A stretch of DNA of 62,130 nucleotides. Source: Methanothrix sp. (GTDB lineage Archaea > Halobacteriota > Methanosarcinia > Methanotrichales > Methanotrichaceae). The position numbers were made by a program, and so were the translations under genes. A model generated the notes under the pieces. It ran no database searches. It worked only from the letters and a program-made list of their open reading frames with translations, and was not told the DNA's origin. Location of the stretch: contig JAXGJB010000012.1 in assembly GCA_040770465.1 (NCBI GenBank), positions 1 to 62,130 of the forward strand, in the 5' to 3' direction. This document shows positions 56,139 through 62,130 of the stretch, one piece after another. Every line of letters begins with the position of its first letter. The stretch's first letter is position 1.

Positions 56139-57353
56139 TCATGCCCGACCTTCAGCGGTTCCAAAGCCCGACGCCTCCATCTGCTCGTCCTTTATGGCGG
56201 CGTAGATCTCCTCCTGGCTCGGACGGCTGGTCTTCACGTACCTTCCGCCGGCGGCAGAGCTGATCTTCTTTGCCAGTTCCGAACCATCCGTCCCGACGTC
56301 CACCACCAGGAGATGAACAAAAGCCCGTTTCAGGTCGGAGGCGACCTTCTGGGCCTCGGCCGCAGCGTCTCCCGCCACCTCCATGGGGACGTTGGCGCTA
56401 CCGTCGGTGATCAGGACCAGGATGGGGGTGGCGGAGGGCTCCCTCTCAAGCTCCCGCTTCAAGAGGGAGAGACCAGTGGCGAGGCCGCTGGCGAGAGGGG
56501 TCGTCCCGCCGTACTCGATCCTCTCAAGCTGCCGTTTGGCAGTCACCACCGCCGAGGTGAATGGGAGGACGACCTCCGCACGGCGTCCCGAGCAGGAGAC
56601 GAGGGCCACCCTGTCCCTCCTCGCATAGGCGTCTTTGAGAAGCTCGATCACCACCTTCTTTGTGGCCCGAGCCGACACCTCCATGGAGAAGCTGGAGTCG
56701 AGGACGATCCCGATGAGGGTGGCGACTTTTCGCCTCCTCACCTTCTCTCGAAGGTCCTCTTCTCTGACGACAAACGGCCCGTTCCGGGGTTGGGAGGTGG
56801 CAGAGCGGGCGAGGGCAGCCCTGATGGTGGGGGCGATGGCGACGTCGGTCGTCTTTCCCCGCGGCAACCGGGCTCGAACGTACCTCCCCCTCTTTCCACG
56901 GGCCAGGACCTCCGCCCTCCTCCCCGGGGCCGGCGACTTCGAGGCGGCCCGGGTCTCGGACCGAGCGAAATCGGTGAGGATCTCGGCGAGGTCGTAGGAA
57001 ACTCCGAGATCGCGAGAATCCCCCTCTTCTTCGTCCTCTCGACAACCAGAAGACGCGAGATCTTCAAGCTCCGACGGGTCCATCTCGACGAAGGTCTCGT
57101 CGGAGAGGAGAATGACGGACGAGATCTCATCCAACCTGATCGACGGCTTTCGCCCCTCCAGGATGGACTTTATCCTGTCCGCGTCGTCGGGGGTGATCAT
57201 GTTCACCTTATTCCGGGGGATTCTGATCCCCATCACAAAAGCCCCGACGAAAAAGACCTTGCAGCCGTAATCCCGGTTCAGGTTTCTCCGGAAGAGGGCT
57301 GCGAGCGTTTCGGCTGGCGGGAGGATGGCAGAGTCGGTGTCTGAAAGCACCAT
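56139..57353 (-). CDS. vWA-domain protein, ChlD-like chelatase subunit
   Basis: DVAIAPTIRAA, LDSSFSM (MIDAS), AYARRDRVALV, GGTTPLASG, ITDGSAN. Confidence 0.85.
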   Translation of the reverse strand: MVLSDTDSAILPPAETLAALFRRNLNRDYGCKVFFVGAFVMGIRIPRNKVNMITPDDADRIKSILEGRKPSIRLDEISSVILLSDETFVEMDPSELEDLASSGCREDEEEGDSRDLGVSYDLAEILTDFARSETRAASKSPAPGRRAEVLARGKRGRYVRARLPRGKTTDVAIAPTIRAALARSATSQPRNGPFVVREEDLREKVRRRKVATLIGIVLDSSFSMEVSARATKKVVIELLKDAYARRDRVALVSCSGRRAEVVLPFTSAVVTAKRQLERIEYGGTTPLASGLATGLSLLKRELEREPSATPILVLITDGSANVPMEVAGDAAAEAQKVASDLKRAFVHLLVVDVGTDGSELAKKISSAAGGRYVKTSRPSQEEIYAAIKDEQMEASGFGTAEGRA

Positions 57354-58597
57354 CAGGCCACCATCGACCGGAGCCTCTCGGGGCTGAACTCGCCGTCGTC
57401 GAAGGGGGTATTTCTCATCCGATGGGGCAGAACCATCTCCGCCGCCGTCACGATGTCGACGACATCGACCCGATCCCGCCCTTCGAAGGCGGCGTTGGTT
57501 CTTGCGGCCCGCTCGATCATGATGTCCGCCCGGTGGCCGTCGACCCCGAACTCAACAGAGATTCGTGCGATCTTTCGAAGCTCCGCTTTTCCGGTGACGA
57601 TCTTCGGGAGGGCCTTTTTGGCGGCGATGATCCTGGCGGTGAGCCTCCGATTCTCGGCGACGAACTCGTCTCTGAACTTAGCGGGGTCCGCCTCAAAGGC
57701 TCCCCTCCGCTCGATGATCTCGACCCTCTGCTCGACGTCGGATATCCCCTCCACCTCCACCTGGAGGGCGATCCTGTCCAGGAGCTGGGGCCGCAGCTCC
57801 CCCTCCTCCGGGTTCATGGACCCGACGATGATGAAGCTGGCGGGGTGGCTGGCAGAGACCCCCTCCCTCTCGACGACGTTCATCCCCATGGCGGCGGCGT
57901 CCAGGAGGGCGTCGACGACGTAGTCGTCGAGGAGGTTGATCTCGTCGACGTAGAGGATGCCCCGGTTCGCCTCCGCCAGGATCCCCGGCTCAAATGCTCT
58001 CCCCTCGCCCCGGAGGGCCCGCTCCATGTCAAGAGACCCCACCACCCGGTCCTCGGTGGCGCCGACTGGCAGATCCACCACCTTCATCGGCCTCACCTCC
58101 GTCGGGAGGACGCCACAGGCCAGCCTCTCGGCGCACTCCCAGCAGAGCTTCTCCTCGTCCCTGGGGTCGCAGCCGAAGCGGCATCCCACCACCACCTCGA
58201 TCCCCGGCAGCACCTCCGCGAGCCCCCGTACGGCCGTCGACTTTGCCGTCCCCTTCTGCCCCCTTATCAGGACCCCCCCGATCGAGGGGTTGATGGCGTT
58301 GAGGATCAGGGCCCTCAACATCCTCTCCTGGCCGACGATGGCGGCGAAGGGGTAGAGGAGCCGCTTCGACCGAGCCTGGGTGAGGGAGAAGGACACTCCC
58401 GTCAGACCCTCCCCGGCCATCCCGGCCGGATACCTCTCCCCATTCGGAGCTGTCGGCCCCTCTCTTCGAGGGGCAGGGCTCAGATTTGCGGACTTTTCAG
58501 AGGCCGCTTCGTAAGCCCGTTGAGAGGCCCCTTTCGAATCCGTCTCCGAGGACGATCTCCTTTCCCGTATGACGCCTGATATCCGCAAAGCCATCAC
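57353..58597 (-). CDS. ChlI-like AAA+ chelatase subunit
   Basis: [54 protein letters not shown]. Confidence 0.9.
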   Translation of the reverse strand: MMALRISGVIRERRSSSETDSKGASQRAYEAASEKSANLSPAPRREGPTAPNGERYPAGMAGEGLTGVSFSLTQARSKRLLYPFAAIVGQERMLRALILNAINPSIGGVLIRGQKGTAKSTAVRGLAEVLPGIEVVVGCRFGCDPRDEEKLCWECAERLACGVLPTEVRPMKVVDLPVGATEDRVVGSLDMERALRGEGRAFEPGILAEANRGILYVDEINLLDDYVVDALLDAAAMGMNVVEREGVSASHPASFIIVGSMNPEEGELRPQLLDRIALQVEVEGISDVEQRVEIIERRGAFEADPAKFRDEFVAENRRLTARIIAAKKALPKIVTGKAELRKIARISVEFGVDGHRADIMIERAARTNAAFEGRDRVDVVDIVTAAEMVLPHRMRNTPFDDGEFSPERLRSMVA

Positions 58598-58598
58598 C

Positions 58599-59012
58599 TC
58601 AAGAGTACCTTAGCATTATCGCCGAGAGGAGGGTAATTACGAGCAATAAGAGCCCCAGAAAGAAGAGGCCGAAGAGGGGGTTCAAGTTCAGCCTTCTCTT
58701 TTTGGTGGAGAGGAGGTTGAGATAGACGAGGGACGCGCTCATCGTCGCAAAGAAGACGATCGCCGAGATGAGGATCACCGACCCCGCCAGGATGACGTAC
58801 TCCGCCGTCCAGGTGTAGTTTGTGGCGTATAAGAGGTCGAGGAAGAAGTCCTTTCCGTTCCTCTCGTAGGCGGAGGTGATCCAGAGCATGGTGTAGGCGA
58901 TCTCCGCCGCCCCGATCACCGCCGAGGTGACGGCTATGCCGAGGAGGGTGAAGATCGAGCCGATGTCCGAGACCGATACGTCTATCTCCCATTCTCTCTC
59001 CAAACGAGCCAC
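58599..59012 (-). CDS. Three-TM membrane protein
   Basis: Hydrophobic helices; abuts the chlI-like gene. Confidence 0.6.
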   Translation of the reverse strand: MARLEREWEIDVSVSDIGSIFTLLGIAVTSAVIGAAEIAYTMLWITSAYERNGKDFFLDLLYATNYTWTAEYVILAGSVILISAIVFFATMSASLVYLNLLSTKKRRLNLNPLFGLFFLGLLLLVITLLSAIMLRYS

Positions 59013-59297
59013 CTGCAGAGGATATGTCGAGGGGGATTAAAAGGGTTTAGATGGTGGACCGATCCGGGGGCCCGATCAGACCGGGATGACGACAACTGCC
59101 CCGAATTGGTGAAGATCCCCCACAATATCAAAATTTGTCGGAGGGATGATCTAAACGTCCCGCCGAAATCCGCGGTTCAAACCCCGCCCCCGAGGTGGCC
59201 AAAAGCGTCAAATATAATACTGTCTCAATTTACGATGTGTTCGCGATCTGGATAGCCTTAAATCGATATAGCCCCATCATCATCTAAGGTGTGAGAC

Positions 59298-61509
59298 GTG
59301 AAAGAGATTCAGCTCAAGGTGGCCAAGGCGTACCCCAACGACTCTGCCCGGGGTATCGCCCGCCTCGACCCCAACGCCCTCCTGACCCTGCGGCTCTCGC
59401 CCGGTGACATAATCGAGATCGAGGGAGGAGGATCTCCGCCGCCAAGGTCTGGCGCGCCGACCGGCAGGACTGGAGCCAGGACTACATCAGGATAGACGGC
59501 TTCATCAGGCACAACGTCGGGGCGAGCATAGGGGACCGGGTCAAGATCAGGAAGGCGAAGGAGGGGGAGGCGCTCCGGGTCGTCCCCTCTCACCGCCGTC
59601 GGGCTCTCACACCTACTACGGCGAGGACGCGGCCGAGCAGATCAAGAGGCAGACCCTGAAGCGGCCCATCGTCCGGGGCGACATCCTACCCATCATGAGC
59701 CCATCGGGCCACCCCTTCATAGGCAGGATGGAGGCGGTGCCCCTGGTGGTGGCGGACACAGACCCCGAAGGCGTGGTGGTGATCACCGAGAGGACCGAGG
59801 TCTCCATCCTGGACCGGCCGGTCAAGGGCTTCGGCTCGATGAGGGGGACGGGGATCAGCTACGAAGACGTCGGCGGCCTCCGAAACGAGGTCCAGCGGGT
59901 TCGGGAGATGATCGAGCTTCCCATGAAACACCCCGAAGTCTTCTCAAAACTGGGGATAGAGCCTCCAAAAGGCGTCCTCCTCCACGGCCCGCCGGGGACG
60001 GGAAAGACCCTGATCGCGAAGGCCGTCGCCAACGAGACGAACGCCAACTTCTTCTCCATCGCCGGTCCCGAGGTGATGTCCAAGTACTACGGCGAGTCCG
60101 AGCAGAGGCTCCGGGAGATCTTCGAGGAGGCGAACCGGAACACCCCATCGATAATCTTCATCGACGAGCTCGACTCCATCGCCCCCAAGAGAGGAGACGT
60201 CACCGGCGAGGTCGAACGGAGGGTCGTCGCCCAGCTTCTGGCGATGATGGACGGCCTCAAGGAGAGGGGCCAGGTGGTGGTGATCGGGGCCACCAACAGG
60301 GTCGACGCCATCGACCCGGCATTGAGGCGTCCCGGGAGGTTCGACAGGGAGATCGAGATCGGAGTCCCCGACAGGACCGACCGGATGGAGATCCTCCAGA
60401 TCCACGTGCGGAACATGCCGATAGACGAGTCGGTGAGCCTCGACGACCTCGCCGACAGGACCAACGGCTTCGTCGGCGCCGACATCTCCGCCCTCTGCAA
60501 GGAGGCGGCGATGAAGGTCCTCCGAAGACACCTCCCCGAGATATCCTTCGACGACGACATCCCTCAGGAGGTCCTGGACGGGATGTCGGTGACGGTCCAG
60601 GATTTCGAGAACGCCTTAAAAGAGATCGAGCCCTCCGCCATGAGGGAGGTTTTTGTGGAGATCTCCGACGTCGGCTGGCAGGACGTGGGAGGCATCGGGA
60701 CCCTCCGCCAGGAGATCGTCGAGTCGGTGGAGTGGCCCCTCAAGCGGCCCGAGAAGTTCGAGGAGATGGGGATCAGGCCCCCAAGGGGCGTCCTCCTCTA
60801 CGGCCCACCGGGGACGGGAAAGACCCTCATCGCCAGGGCCGTAGCCAAGGAGACGAAGGCGAACTTCATCTCTGTCAAGGGTCCCCAGCTCCTATCGAAG
60901 TGGGTCGGCGAGTCGGAGAAGGCGATGAGGGAGATATTCAAGAAGGCGAGACAGGTCTCTCCCGCCATCATATTCTTCGACGAGCTTGACGCCATAGCCC
61001 CCATGAGGGGGATGGAAGAGGGGCACAGGACCAGCGAACGGGTTGTAAACCAGCTTCTCGCAGAGCTCGACGGCCTTGAGACCCTAAAGGACGTGGTGGT
61101 GATCGCCGCGACGAACAGGCCCGACATCATCGACCCCGCCCTCCTCCGGTCCGGGAGGTTCGACCGGCTCCTATTCGTCGGCCCGCCCGACAGGGCCGGA
61201 AGGTTTGAGATCCTCAAGATCCACACATCAAAGACGCCAAACGGCGACGACGTCAGCCTGGAGGAGCTGGCGGAGCTGACGGAGAGCTACGTTGGATCGG
61301 ACCTCGAGTCCCTCTGCAGGGAGGCGGTGATGCTGGCCCTGAGAGAGGACCCGGAGGCTCGCGAGGTGGAGATGAGACATTACCGAGAGGCTCTGAAGAG
61401 GGTGAGGCCGAGCTTCGAGGAGAACATGGTGCGGTACTACGAGCGGATCAACGAGAGGTTCAGGGGCGGAGTCAAGGTGGACCCCGGCTCCTACCTGGGG
61501 TACCGGTGA
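59298..61509 (+). CDS. cdc48: CDC48/VCP AAA ATPase with two frameshifts in the N-domain (~59423, ~59586)
   Basis: [19 protein letters not shown] / [16 protein letters not shown] / two AAA modules ([19 protein letters not shown]). Confidence 0.92.
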
Positions 61510-61517
61510 GGTGAGAC

Positions 61518-61769
61518 ATGCCGAAAATTTACGCCCGGAGCCTCGCCGGAAAGGAGATCGTGACCATGGCGGGGACCGTTCTGGGAGAGCTTGAGAACAT
61601 CATCCTCGACCCCGAGACCGGACGGCTGATCGACCTTCTTGTCAAGCCCGACTCGGAGCTGGACCCCGCACGGTACAGAAAAGAGGGGAAGATGATCCTC
61701 GTCCCCTTCTCCTCGGTCTGCGCCCTCAAAGACTACATCGTCGTCGACGAGAAGAGGGCGGAGAGGTAG
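61518..61769 (+). CDS. PRC-barrel domain protein (CdpB-like family)
   Basis: LAGKEIVT..GTVLGELENIILDPETG...VPFSSVCALKDYIVV. Confidence 0.85.
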   Translation: MPKIYARSLAGKEIVTMAGTVLGELENIILDPETGRLIDLLVKPDSELDPARYRKEGKMILVPFSSVCALKDYIVVDEKRAER

Positions 61770-61850
61770 AGGAGATACCGCAAGAGCACGATAGCGCAAA
61801 AGCGGAATAGGACGGACCGACATGAGGACCGATAAAATTGGGCCCTTCGC

Positions 61851-62018
61851 ATGATTAAGCCGATTTCAGGCCTCTTCCTCATCTTCTGGGGTATGGTGAA
61901 GATCTTCCAGGGCTTCGTCCTCTTCGACGGCGGCGAAGAGTTCGGGGCCGCCGTGATGGTCTTTGGGGCTCTGGTGGCAGGCGTTGGAGGGCTGCTTTTC
62001 TGGGACTCTCTTCGATGA
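61851..62018 (+). CDS. Small two-TM protein (55 aa, not in the ORF track)
   Basis: MIKPISGLFLIFWGMVKIFQGFVLFDGGEEFGAAVMVFGALVAGVGGLLFWDSLR*. Confidence 0.5.
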   Translation: MIKPISGLFLIFWGMVKIFQGFVLFDGGEEFGAAVMVFGALVAGVGGLLFWDSLR

Positions 62019-62130
62019 AAGTTCTTCTTCAGCTCTTGAGCGGCGCCGATCCTCGAGCCGGGGCTGAACAATATAAATCCCGGAGCTGAAGCTTTTTTTC
62101 CGGACAATCCGGGAAAAGTTTAACTTTTCC

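Noticed and set aside
59165-59201. tRNA-like fragment (gcggttcaaaccccgc...ggcca) as a possible attR
   Set aside because: Imperfect T-stem, no cloverleaf, and no match to the tRNA-Ser 3' end.

Overview
This is a GC-rich archaeal chromosome segment. Its gene content and style fit a methanogen of the Methanothrix/Methanosaeta type; that assignment is inferred from archaeal ThrRS, Csl4-RpoL-RtcA, a thermosome subunit, CDC48, an intron-containing tRNA and AhbC. Housekeeping blocks are hemL-hemC-cobA/hemD-ahbC, larC, dph6, thrS, METTL5-csl4-rpoL-rtcA, ilvA, thermosome, carboxy(nor)spermidine genes, trm5, a chlI/chlD-like pair and cdc48. Accessory material is concentrated at 1-2200, 3900-6700, 12500-15750 and 23900-24900. 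Main points of interest: (1) a DUF3800 (RNase H-like) gene next to tRNA-Ser, followed by a compact structured ~70-nt element with its own convergent TATA box, a candidate nuclease-ncRNA system; (2) two separate loci where a foreign-looking gene (PI-PLC, an RhlE-like helicase) is bracketed by direct repeats of the 3' end of a membrane/ion-channel-type gene; (3) ectABC headed by an overlapping IS630-derived HTH-only ORF; (4) PI-PLC broken by an exact 8-bp duplication; (5) hemC apparently needing a CTG start. Homopolymer frameshifts in cdc48 suggest indel errors in the assembly, so single-base frameshifts should be treated cautiously. All calls are by eye, with no database searches.
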